Shown piece after piece: positions 27,395 through 38,174 of a stretch of DNA of 64,000 bases. The translations under genes were made by a program, and so were the position numbers. The first letter of the stretch is position 1, and every line of letters begins with the position of its first letter. The stretch is from the human T2T-CHM13v2.0 reference genome, Homo sapiens. Where the stretch lies: NCBI RefSeq assembly GCF_009914755.1, contig NC_060935.1. The stretch is one strand, 5' to 3'. Under the pieces are notes generated by a model, which did not search any database, had not been told where the DNA came from, and saw nothing but the letters and a program-made list of their open reading frames with translations.

Positions 27395-27800
27395 TTCGTT
27401 TATTCATTTCTTTTCAGCCAACATTTATTGAGCCCTGTGCCAACCTCTGTGTTGTCTGCTATAGATACAGAGAAATAGAAAACAAGATCCTTACTCTCGA
27501 GGAGCTCAGAGTCTAGTGTGGGAGATAAATACCTAAAAGCTAGTTATGGCCAAGTGTGAGAAGCTTGAGGTCAGCCCAGGGGCCCTGGTTGCACAGGGGA
27601 GGGAGGGATGGACTGTCTCTGCTTCAGGATAATTGGGGAAGCCTTCATGGGGGAGGTGACAATAGGCAGGAGCAGGAAGTCACTTCAAGTCACAAGTAAG
27701 AGTATGAGCAAGGAGGAGGGGGTATAGCTCAGAGGTAGAGCATTGGGCTGAAGATTAAGAATATGAGCAAGGACACATGGACACAAAATAGAAATAGCAT
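27395..27800 (-). mobile_element. L2 fragment hosting the tRNA retrocopy
   Basis: ttattcattt..caacatttattgagccctgtgcc..ggagctcagagtctagtg. Confidence 0.7.
27718..27760 (+). pseudogene. 3'-truncated (tailless) tRNA-Cys(GCA) retrocopy with 18-bp TSD
   Basis: GGGGGTATAGCTCAGAGGTAGAGCATTGGGCTGAAGATTAAGA matches the 5' 43 nt of tRNA-Cys as I recall it at about 38/43. It is flanked by taagagtatgagcaagga (27697-27714) and taagaatatgagcaagga (27756-27773). Confidence 0.85.
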
Positions 27801-28318
27801 ACTCATTGCTCATTGTGTGGGGAGCTGGGGAGTGATTTTATTCTGCCAGCACCTCTCTTTCCTGTTCATCCCCCTTGCCAGGTGTTGAATTTCTCAGTAG
27901 CAGAATCCCTGTCTACTTTTACAATATGTTCTCCCTCTCTTTTCCTCTTTTTTCCATAGTGCTTTCTATAGCACCTTGCTGAATTTATGGATGAATGAAT
28001 AGTTCTTGCTGTTCTAAGGTTACTCTAGGGATCTGGAAATAATAAAGACCATTATTAAGATTATTAACAGCTTTCAGATGACATCTATCTTAGTGATCAA
28101 GGTGCAAATAAAGCTAGCTGACCAAGAGATGTGGTTGCTATGTTGACCAGGTGACCAAGATGGTGACTGAGATGCCAAGTGGCTAACATGATGATCAACC
28201 CAAATTGTCTGGTAAATGCACCACTTTCTGAAATGCACATTTCAGGGTAGGTGAAGGAAATACATGTACCTGACATGGCCCAGTCTGACACGTGTCACCT
28301 CTTCTGTCTTCTCCCCAG

Positions 28319-28447
28319 GCTGCTCTGCGTAGATTGGCTGGGGTCTGCCCTGAAGGCCTCCAGGACTCTGACTTTCAGCAGTTGGTCCAGCCTCGGCTGG
28401 TGGACTCCTTCTTACTCTGCAGCAACATGGAGGAGAGTTTTGTGTAG
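28319..28447 (+). CDS. INSC: INSC terminal coding exon (AALRRLAGVCPEGLQDSDFQQLVQPRLVDSFLLCSNMEESFV*)
   Basis: cttctgtcttctccccAG acceptor. TAG at 28445-28447 is followed immediately by TGA. The protein ends in a class I PDZ-binding motif (ESFV), consistent with Insc-Par3 binding. Confidence 0.95.
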   Translation, partial: AALRRLAGVCPEGLQDSDFQQLVQPRLVDSFLLCSNMEESFV

Positions 28448-29245
28448 TGAGTGTGGGCGAAGAAATACATTTGGCTGTTCTCACACCCCCTCTGACTATG
28501 CACCAGTGAACACATCTGAGTACATACCAGCTCTCCTCATCTTCTTATTTATACTTAACTTATTTTTGTGTGAAATAAATGGAGGACAAAATCTTAGAGC
28601 AACATCATCAAACAGTCTTTGGTCCTTGAGAATCTTCTTTGTGTTTTATTTTTTGATTTCTGTAGCTTTTCAGTTGCAGATGTTGAAATTCGTAATGACA
28701 AATATGACAAATTGTCATGGGTGATTCCACTTCATCTTATTTTTTCTACTCTCACTATACAATCTTGCCTCATTTTTTAAAACTTTGGAACCAGAGGATT
28801 TCAACTGCCTAGCAAGTTTTTTTTTTAAGTTGGATTTGCTCTTCCCAAAAATCTAAAATGAATTTAATAATTGGGTAGAATATATTGGAAAGAAGTTTCT
28901 TTTTCTTTAATAAATGGAATCATATAAAATGTATCCCGGATTTTCTTATTAAATTGTATTTTAAACTAGGTTCTTGCTTCCCAGGTTTCATTCCCCAAAA
29001 ACTTTTCCAACCATTAAAAGTACACACAGAATTGTCTTGTTTTCATAGGTGTATAAATAGGTTAAGTTCTGAGTGACTTAGTGAGAAACCAAAGTGACTT
29101 TCAAAAATACACCCAAAGGCACCAGAAACCCTGCTTCCTTTGGCTTCTTTGCTTTTGTGTAACCTCCTGTTCACCTCCTGGTGAATAGAATCCTCAGATG
29201 AGGCTTATTGAATGATTGATTCCTCCTCAAAAGTATACTTGAAAG

Positions 29246-29475
29246 CAGTGGTGTGCTGAAGCCAGCTCATGCCCACTCACAAGGGACAACTGTGAGAATT
29301 TCTTCCTAACTCTGCACTCAGTGACCTTGCGTTGGTAGCCATGAGCTACTTCATGAGCCCTCATGTTGAAATTGGCCATAGTGGGAGTATTTACACCACA
29401 GAAATTCACAGATGCTATAAAGCACAGCTTTCGCTTTTTTTTTTTTTAGAGAGAGCTGGTTTACCAATTTCACTG
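29246..29475. mobile_element. MER63-like hAT MITE in the INSC 3' UTR with perfect 8-bp TSD
   Basis: cagtggtgtgctg...cactg termini. TSD cttgaaag at 29238-29245 and 29476-29483. Confidence 0.85.
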
Positions 29476-29591
29476 CTTGAAAGTATCACAAAAATCTGGG
29501 GATCCTTTTGAAAATATAAATGCCATCATATTGTGATATAATTTATACAATATAATATAATTGTGTAAAATCATGATTATAATAATGTTTC

Positions 29592-29597
29592 AATAAA
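29592..29597 (+). terminator. Candidate polyadenylation signal AATAAA of INSC
   Basis: caataaacatttc in an AU-rich context, with UGUA upstream (ttgtgtaaaa). Usage cannot be proven from sequence. Confidence 0.55.
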
Positions 29598-29619
29598 CAT
29601 TTCTTAAATTCCCAATTAC

Positions 29620-30120
29620 TAGTTTACATGAGTTAACCTAATGAACCAAGTCCTGGGCTAAGCATCTAATTTGCATTATCCAATTTATTCCTCACAATAA
29701 TCACATGAGTATTAATTAGTATATTCATATATGTTATTACATATGATCAGGTTATTAAATTACTTGCACAAGGTCAGTAGCTAGTAAGTGGTGCTAGGAT
29801 TTGATTCTGGCAATAGCTATTACCAAAGCCTTTGTGCTGAAGTCATATGCTATATACAAAGGTAATGTCTAGGTCCTCCCACCTAATGTGATGATGATTA
29901 TTATTATTACGATAGAAAACACTTGTGCAACATTAACCAGGTGCCATGGACTTGTTTTATATTATTCTCAGTATAGATATTAACATTTACTACTACATAC
30001 CCATTTTACAGAGAAGAAACAGAGGAAACTCATTTTACAGATACAACAATGGAGCTGAAGTAGCAAGAAAATGGCAGACCTTGGATTCAAACCAAGGTCT
30101 TCTGAGTCCTTATACAAAGC
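29620..30120 (-). mobile_element. Two MIR fragments
   Basis: acttgcacaaggtca..ctagtaagtggtgctaggatttga and cccattttacagagaagaaacagagg. Confidence 0.6.
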
Positions 30121-30159
30121 TTCCATTTTTAGAAATAAGGTATATATATATATATATAT

Positions 30160-30914
30160 ATATTTCACTGAGTTGTGCAGATTGTTCAGATATTGGCAAC
30201 TTTCATTATATGATATCAACAGACAACTTTTGTTAATATCATTATGATCTCATCTGAAAAGTTTTTAAATATTGGGAAACTATCAAGCTTGAAAGCATAA
30301 ATTTTGTCATTGGCAACAAATACTGTCAGCTGTTTCCCTTGAAGAGACGGACTCGCTTTGTTCATTTTTGAGAAAATATCTGCCAAACTCCTCAGTCTCA
30401 ATAACCACAGTTTGTCAATTGTTCTTTCAAGTAAAGGTAGTGTTCCACAGAAAAAGCAACTAGTTGATACTGCAATTGAAACAATCACATAAGTGCCTTT
30501 CTCTTGAAACTGACACGCATTCTGCTTTGGCATACAGTAGAAGTGCCTGAAATGCAGTTCTCATATCACTCAGAATAGTTAAAATGGCATGTACCAGGGG
30601 TCAGAATTTAATACACTTAATAATTTTTACTGCTTCATCAAGGATATTCCTAAGTGGAATTGGCATTTTAAAAATTTAAGTGTGTGGCAGTGAAGAATAC
30701 AATAACTGTAAGTACAATTTGGTGCCACTGCCTTGATCATATTAAGGTGCAATTTTACTTACCATTGCTTTTGCACCATTAGTGCAAATGTCAATAAGTG
30801 GAGAAAGGTAAATAACTTCTTAGTATTTTTATAAAAATAGTTTCGACCTCACAGAGCTCCTGAATGTGTCTTAGGACTCCCCAGAGATCAGGGGCCCTAC
30901 TTTGAGAATCACTG
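30160..30914 (-). mobile_element. Charlie1-like hAT transposon relic with transposase fragment
   Basis: The minus-strand ORF contains WLLRLRSLADIFSKMNKASPSLQGKQLTVFVANDKIYAFK, a hAT/ZBED5-like motif. Terminal cagtgattctcaaagt lies at 30914. Confidence 0.8.
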
Positions 30915-32559
30915 ATCTAGTTTAATACTAATTTTATGGTGAGGAAACTGAGGCCGGTGTTGAGGGGAAGCAAATGATTTTTCCCCAAAGCATACAGAAT
31001 GAAGACTAAATCGCAGCCTTTTGCATTCAGGGTCAAAGTTCTGCCCATTCCTCAATATCAGGCTAGTTGGTCGCTAATATCACAGAACTGGAAGAGATTA
31101 AAGGAGAGTAGCTCTTCAGATAATATATAATGTTGAAAATTTCTACACTGCAACCTTTATTATGAAGGTGCATGTATATCAACCAGGGGCCTAGTAGGAA
31201 ACAGACTTTAACTCAGGTGGTTCAAATAACAAAAGTTTTAGTAAAGAGACTATTTGGAGACTTGAATGCCGAGTTAAGGAAGCTATTGAGGGATGCTGAG
31301 TCACCCAGAGACTAACCACCAAGGTAAGCCCTTACCATCCTAAGAGCAGAAGGGTCAAGTGAGATAATAGTGTTACCAAAGTCCACTGACAGCTGCAGTT
31401 GTGGCAGAAGGGCTTATCCGGTGGGAGCCATAAGGACTCAGCCGCTGTGAGTGACATGGAGTCTGGGCAGGGAGGAAGGACAGAAGTACCCAGACCATCT
31501 CTTCTCACCTTCTGACCTCCTTCCAGTGCCTCCCATTGGCTAGTACTCTGGTAAGAGCCAGTTATGAAATCCTCTGGAACAAGCCTCTTTAGAAGAGAGC
31601 AGGGCAGAGAAGAGTAGAGATTGGATCTGGGTAAGGTTAGGATGGGGCCAAACTGAGAATAATAGGCACAGGTAGAAAAGTCTACATCCTTTCTTATTCC
31701 TCTGAAAAGCAACCAGTATTACTTTGGGCCTGAAGCAAACCATCAAGTAACAGGATTTATGAAACTTGTTTTAGAGAAGGAGAAGATAGGGGGGTTATAG
31801 GTAGAAGCAAATAATATCCCTCCTTGGAGCCTTGCTTCAGAAAGAAGAACCAGGAAGGATGGAGTAGGAGATGGCAGCACCTGGTGAAAGGGAAGTAGAT
31901 TGTGTCCCGGGCCTCAAAGTAAGGAAGATACAGATATTCAGGGAACTACCTGTCCCAGGCCTTAGAGAAAGGAAGATAGAGATATTCAGAAGTTGGTGCA
32001 GAGCTGAATCAACTGCAGCAGACTGTCAAAATCACAGGAGGTCCATAAAGAGAGGAGTCAGCGTGGTTGGTGGTTCCTGGAGATGGGACCAAAGGCTGTG
32101 GCCAGAAGTGTGCTCCAGGGAAAGGTAGAAGAGTCTCCATCTTCTACACCAGCCCTTGGCTCTGCCGCATGGTTTTTCCATAGTAACTTTCACCCTGCTG
32201 ACTCTCTACCTACACTCTGTACAAGACAACTACTATACTGGGCAGGGCATTGGCCAGCTATGTGGCCTTAGGCCTTCATGATTGAGGCCATGGGCATAAA
32301 GTCCTCACTGGTCAGGTGCAGCACAAGTTAGCTCAGGTCACACAGATCAGGTTGGAATGGGGGGTGGCTGATTGATTAAAAGTTAGGATTTTCTTGGCCT
32401 AAAGCATACACATTGCCTGAAATCTTCCTTTATCTCTAGGCCCTAGGACAGGATTAAGGCTGGGACTGGGTTCTCAGGAAGCCCACAGGTTGAGTAGAGT
32501 CTACATCTATATACTGTGTCTAGATGGGGAAATCCGTACACCCAGATTCTTTAGGATAG

Positions 32560-32840
32560 CTAGGCAGCATGCTATGGAGAAAGAGTCACCACTAGTTGGA
32601 ATCAGGAGGATTCCTCCATGAGTTAAAAATCCTAGCTTTACCACTTTACTGTTGTTGACTTTGGACAGGGCTTTGTACCTCTATGAGCTTCTGTTCTCTC
32701 ATCTGTAAAGTAGGGATAATACTCCTGCCTGATCTCCCTCTTAGGTTTAGGATTAAGATTAAGCGAGATCATTTGTATGGAAGTTCTTAGTAAACTATAA
32801 AGTTCTGTGCAAATGTAAGTTGTTGTCATCATCATAACTG
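32560..32840 (+). mobile_element. MIR SINE
   Basis: ttaccactttact..gactttggaca..ctcatctgtaaagtagggataata. Confidence 0.7.
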
Positions 32841-33075
32841 TCATCATTTTGGAAAGGACTCCATAGATGACCCAGTACTTCATTTTCCTTATGCTGGGCC
32901 CCCTTGATAGTATCCCTTCTAACAGAATCCTCCATTATTGCTCACGCATCTCCACTGAATGTCATTACTTTCTCTATTATTTGACAGTCCTTAGGATTAT
33001 GAAGTTTCACCCTATATGAAGCCATAATCTGAAAATTCATCTGTTGGTCCTAGTGTTGGTGTCTATCTCTTGGCA

Positions 33076-35208
33076 TGTTATCTGTTCAACAAAAGAAATT
33101 ACTCTCAAATTTAGTGGCTTAAAACAATAACAACTACAACAACAGCAACAACAACAACAAATTTATTCTTATATTTCCTGTGGGTCAGATTTTCAGAAAT
33201 GGCTTAGCTGAGGGGATATGGCTCAGGATTTCTCCTAAGTTTCTAATGAAGATGTTGAAAGCATTTACAGAATGGCAGAGCAAGGGCTCCCAAAATCTGC
33301 TTCTCCATAAAAGCAATGAGAACACTGTTTAAGATTGTAAAAATCAATTTTTTCAGAACTTTGAAAATTAATTAAAGGCTTGCAATAATCCAAGAAGTTC
33401 TAAAGAAAAAGGCCTGAATCTCTGTAAGAACAGTGAGCTTTGTAGTGCTTAACCTGTCTCATTCTCATACCTCTCTCCCCAGCTCCAGGGTATTCTTAAA
33501 GACCAGCAGCCTCAAAACTATAATAGCTGTGAAAACCAGCAAGCTAGCAGCTCCTGGAAGAAGCAAAATGAGTTTGGAGTTTCTGTAAAAACTCCAACTA
33601 GACATCCGCATGCAAAAGTAATCCAACTGGAAAGCTACATTATGCCAAACACAAAAATTAACAGAAAATGCATGATAGACCTAAGTATAAGAGCTAACAC
33701 TATACAACTCTTCGAAGTAAACATAGGTGTAAATCTTTATAATCTTGGGTTAGACAATGGTTTCTTGGCTATAATACCTAAAGCACAAGTGACAAAAGAA
33801 CAAATAGATAAATTGGACTTCACCAAAATTAAAAACTTTTGTGCTTCAAAGATCACCAATAAGAAAGTGAAAAGGCAACTCATGGAATAGGCAAAAATAT
33901 TTTCAAGTCACATGTCTGATAAGGGGTTGATATCAGATACAATAAATTCTTATAATTAAACAATAAAAACACAACCCAGTTAATAGCTGGACAAAGGATT
34001 TGAATAGATATCTCTCCAAAGGAGGCATAGAAATGGTAAAAAGGTATGTAAAAGATGCTCAACATCATGAGTCATTAGGGAATGGAAATCAAAATTGCAA
34101 TGAGGTACCACTTCATTCTGGTGGGATGGTATGGTGGGATGGTGGGATGGTAAAATAGTACAGCTGGTGGGATGGTAAAATTGCTGGTGGGATGGTAAAA
34201 TAGTACAGTCACTTTGGAAAACATTCTGTTAGTTCCTCAAAATATTGAACATAGAGTTATCATATGGCCCAGCAATTCCACTCATGGTATATGTTCAAAA
34301 GAAATGAAAATGTATGTTCACACAAAAACTTATACACTAAGGTTCATAACAGCATTATTCATAGTTGCCCAAAAGTAGAAACAACTCAAATGTCTATTAG
34401 CTGATAACTAGTTTTAAAAATGTGATAAATCATACAATGGAATATTATTTGGCAATAAAAAATAAAGCATTGATGTAGGCTACAACAGTGATTAACTTTG
34501 AACACATTATGCTAAGTGAAAGAAACTAGTACAAAAGGCAACATATTGTATTGTTCCAAATATACGAGATGTACAGAATAGCCAAGCCTTCATGAATAGG
34601 CAGTCGATTAGTTGTTGTCAGGGGATTTGGGGAGGAGGAATGGGGAGTAACTGCTAATGAATATGGAGTTTCTTTTTGGTGTGATGAAAATTAATGGTGA
34701 ATGTTGCACAACTCTGTGAATATACTGAAAATCCAGTGAATTATACACTTTAAAAGGATGAATTTATGATATGTGAATTATATCTCAGTTAAAACTGTTA
34801 CTTTAAAAAATGTGTCAGCCAGGGCTGCGATCATGTGAAGACACAAATAGGATTGGAGGATCTGCTTTCAAGGTTGCTCACTCAGCTGGCTGGCAAGTTG
34901 GTGCTGGTTAGTAGTGGGAGGCCTCAGTTCCTCTTCATTGGAGCCTCTCCGCAGGCTGCTTCAGCGTCCTCTTGATATGGCTTTTAGCTTCCTCTAGAGT
35001 GAGTGATCCAAGAGAGATAGAGGCCGATAGAATCTATCCTTTTTATGCGCTAGTCTTAGAAGTCACTTAGATGACTTCTGACACATTTTGTTAGTTAGAA
35101 GCATGTAACTGAATCTAGCCCTCATTCAAGGAAAGGGGAATGAAACTCCACTGCTTGAAGAGTGGATGAATTATCAAAGAATTTTCAGACATATTTTAAA
35201 ACCACCAC
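33076..35208 (-). mobile_element. MLT1 MaLR LTR split by an L1MB insertion (LTR parts ~33076-33258 and ~34811-35208)
   Basis: aaatttagtggcttaaaacaa..aagatgttg, resuming at tgtcagccagggctg..ttttaaaaccaccaca. Confidence 0.75.
33262..34810 (+). mobile_element. L1MB-like element: 5' UTR-like segment joined to ORF2 3' end and 3' UTR
   Basis: ORF 33642..33890 (KAQVTKEQIDKLDFTKIKNFCASK) is L1 ORF2-like, and the 3' end reads gtgaattatatctcagttaaaac. Confidence 0.8.
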
Positions 35209-36110
35209 ATTGATTATATTTTTAGCAAGGCTTTTCTGTCTGATATGCTACTTTACTAGTCACATTCATGTTCTCCAAATTCTTTCTAAACTGCTCACTC
35301 AATTTCAGGAAGTCTAATGTGTCAATATCTCTCAGGTCCCAACCACCATCTCCCTGTGTCCCACTGCCATCAAAATGAGCATACAGAACTGAAAACAAAC
35401 CCACTCCTTTTCCCTCTACTCCCCTCCACATCTCTCACCATGCCAGCCACCAGCTGTGGTAGAACAAAGCCAGAAATAATTGCATTTGCTAGAAGAATAT
35501 AGGTAAAGAGAAAATTACCACTGAAGTTTGATTTCAAAAACAACAGTTCAAAAGGGAATAAAAGGAAAATGCAACAAACAGAAGAAAATAAACTTTCTTG
35601 CTTAATAACAATATTCCACGCCCTTTGAATTTTTTTGCTTGGGGTAAGGAGGGCTGGGAGCAGAAAGTGTGTAAGTCTAATTTTCTAATATAAGTTGTAG
35701 AAAAGAATAAGAAGTGAAGATCAAAGAATGAGGGAATCGAGAGCCTATTCAAAGGCGTTGAGACACAAATGACACTACATAAGCTTCCGACGTAAGATCC
35801 TTCATGAGAGGACTTGCCCTCGGACGACCCACAGCTCCATCATGTCTTATCTCTGGCTATATTAAACCTCAGAATAATTACTGTCCCTTCAACGCTATCT
35901 TTTTGTAACACCCACAAACTCATAGTGTGGAAAGATGGTGTTACACATAAAGGAAACTTTATTAACAAGCAAAAGAAAAGGAGGAAGAAAAGGAAGTTGG
36001 ACACTGAATGGAAAACTCAAGCCAAAGATTTGCAGGGTCTTTTTTTTTTTTAATAATATTCAGAAAGGTGGAACCTTTGAAAGGGAAAGTTTAAATGAGG
36101 AAAGAAGGGG

Positions 36111-36118
36111 TGACGTCA
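36111..36118. promoter_or_regulatory. Perfect CRE palindrome TGACGTCA, with AP-1 TGACTCA at 36215
   Basis: Motif match only, in non-repetitive-looking DNA. Confidence 0.3.
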
Positions 36119-36429
36119 AGCCCTGGATGAGATTTACAGTTAAAGCCCATAGCAGGTGGGAGAATGACCTGTCCTGCCTCTCCAGGCTGTGCAGTTTAGG
36201 GCAGGCAGGAGACATGACTCAGTCTCAACTGATGAGACCCTCTCAAAGTCCAACTGATTTTAACAGAGATTTGGAGTGTAGACTGGGAACTTGGCCATAT
36301 CTATGTTCTGGGTAAGAAGTCATAACAGGGACCCTGAGGCAAAGAATCCTATTCTGGAACTCAGAACAGGGAAGAATTGAAGGAGCCTTTCCTCAGCTCA
36401 GTGGCTCCATTTGAAATTCGCCTCAAAGT

Positions 36430-37560
36430 ATGGAGCTAATGCTGATGGTATTTATTGAGTGCCTCCTACATGGAGTCATTTTACCAAGTGTTACCTCTCA
36501 TTTTCACCTTTGTGAGTTGGGTGCTATTATTATATTTCCACATATACTCTCCATTACAGATGGAGAAGAGGCTTAGAGAGGTCAGGTAATCAGAAAGTTA
36601 ATACTGTTGTGGGATAGAATCCATATCTCTTTGACTTTAGAAGCTAATTAGGAAGAAAGTAGGGACTTAGTACCAGACACTTTTTAGCAGCTAGATGTGG
36701 TGCTGGATCTTTGTAGAGCCATTGTCCTCCAGCAAACATATCATGAAGGTCTGCTCTAGGCTCAGGAAAGAAAAACAAATATAAGTAAGTGCCAGGATTA
36801 CCTCTGATTTTAGATTAGAGGGTGGCAAGTTGTAGATAAGCCAATCCCTTCAGAAAAGCTTTAAAGTATAGTGGTTAAAACTGTAGACTGTTGTGGACTT
36901 GAATCCTGGCTCTACCATTTACTAACTATATAATCTTGGGCAAGACACATACCTCCCTGTGCCTCAGTTGCCTCATATGTAAAATGGGATAATGATAGTG
37001 CCTTAGGCATAGGATTGTTGTGAGAATTAAATGTGGTAATACATGGAAAAGACTTAAAATAGCACCTAATGGCAAGTGCTCAATAAACGTGGTTACAGTG
37101 AAAGTTAACCACATCCCACCTTTGCATCTATTCAGGTTGCCTGGTCCTGCTTGACAGTGCTTCAGATGCAGGCCCATAGTGTGTTAGAAACAGAGACTAT
37201 TAATCTGTAAGGGATGCAGAGGCCATCTAGGCTGATCTCTACATCCTCCACCTAGGAAAGAAGAAACAGGCTTAAAATTACAGAGCAAATAAATGGAAAA
37301 GCTGGGACTTGGATCCAAGAAATAACACGTACTATTACCATAGTTGCCATTTTCTTGAGCACTTGTTCTGTGCCAGGCACTGTATATGTACTACTTCACT
37401 AAATTTCTAAAACAATTCCTGCTAAGTAGTTATTATTGATTCCTTTTTACAAATAAGGGAACTGAGGCTTAGAAAGACTTTACATCTTGCCTAAGATCAT
37501 ATAATAGAAGGCAGGATTTGATCAAACACTTTCTGAAACCAAAACCCATGATCATTCCAC
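36430..37560. mobile_element. Cluster of MIR elements (~36430-36650 minus, ~36870-37100 plus, ~37340-37560 minus)
   Basis: MIR cores cctcagttgcctcatatgtaaaatgggataat and aactgaggcttagaaa. Confidence 0.7.
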
Positions 37561-38117
37561 TTGGTACACATATATTTTATTTTATTTGTGTATAAATAAG
37601 CCCAATCACTATATATGATCTTAAAATACTTCGGCAAATTCCAAACTCTATTTGAAAAAAAGTTTACATTTTAATTAGTTAATTCTTAAGCACAGATACA
37701 CAATATTTTAACACTTGTTAAAATTTCAGTCATAGATATGAAAATTATTTCAGGGAGAAGGAGAATAGGCATGAGAATAAAATATAACTTAAATAATGAA
37801 AATAAAAGTCCTGTGCAATTCTGACCAACACCAGAAAAATCTCTAAAATAACTACTCCTTATTCTAGTTTCAGAGTAAAGCATCAAAGACAAATCAAAGT
37901 GGATGCTATAAATTATCAGTTCAATTTTTAAAGCAATGACAGCCTTTGGGAACAAATGCTTTAACATGTCTTTTTGTTAGATATTTCTGATGGTTCCTTT
38001 GTAGAGATCTATTTATTTCTACAATCTTGTCTTCTTTAACACAGTTTTTATTGGGGCTTCTTATACAACTTTTGGTGCTATCAATAACTGATAAAAACAG
38101 AAATAAGAGGCTATTTG

Positions 38118-38138
38118 TATGTATGTATATGTAAGTGT

Positions 38139-38171
<33 letters not shown>
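38118..38171. repeat. (TG)n microsatellite
   Basis: Direct inspection. Confidence 0.9.

Positions 38172-38174
<3 letters not shown>

Larger units (their letters stand above)
28448..29615 (+). other. INSC: INSC 3' UTR (end inferred)
   Basis: AT-rich sequence after the stop, with AATAAA at 28574, 28909 and 29592. The 3' end is inferred from the distal hexamer. Confidence 0.6.

Noticed and set aside
27718-27760. Functional tRNA gene (apparent GAA/Phe anticodon)
   Set aside because: Only the 5' 43 nt are present. There is no T-arm/B box or 3' acceptor strand, and the body sequence is Cys-type.
28118-28185. Cluster of TGACC nuclear-receptor half sites before the last exon
   Set aside because: The spacing does not form clear DR/IR elements and it could be a degenerate short repeat.
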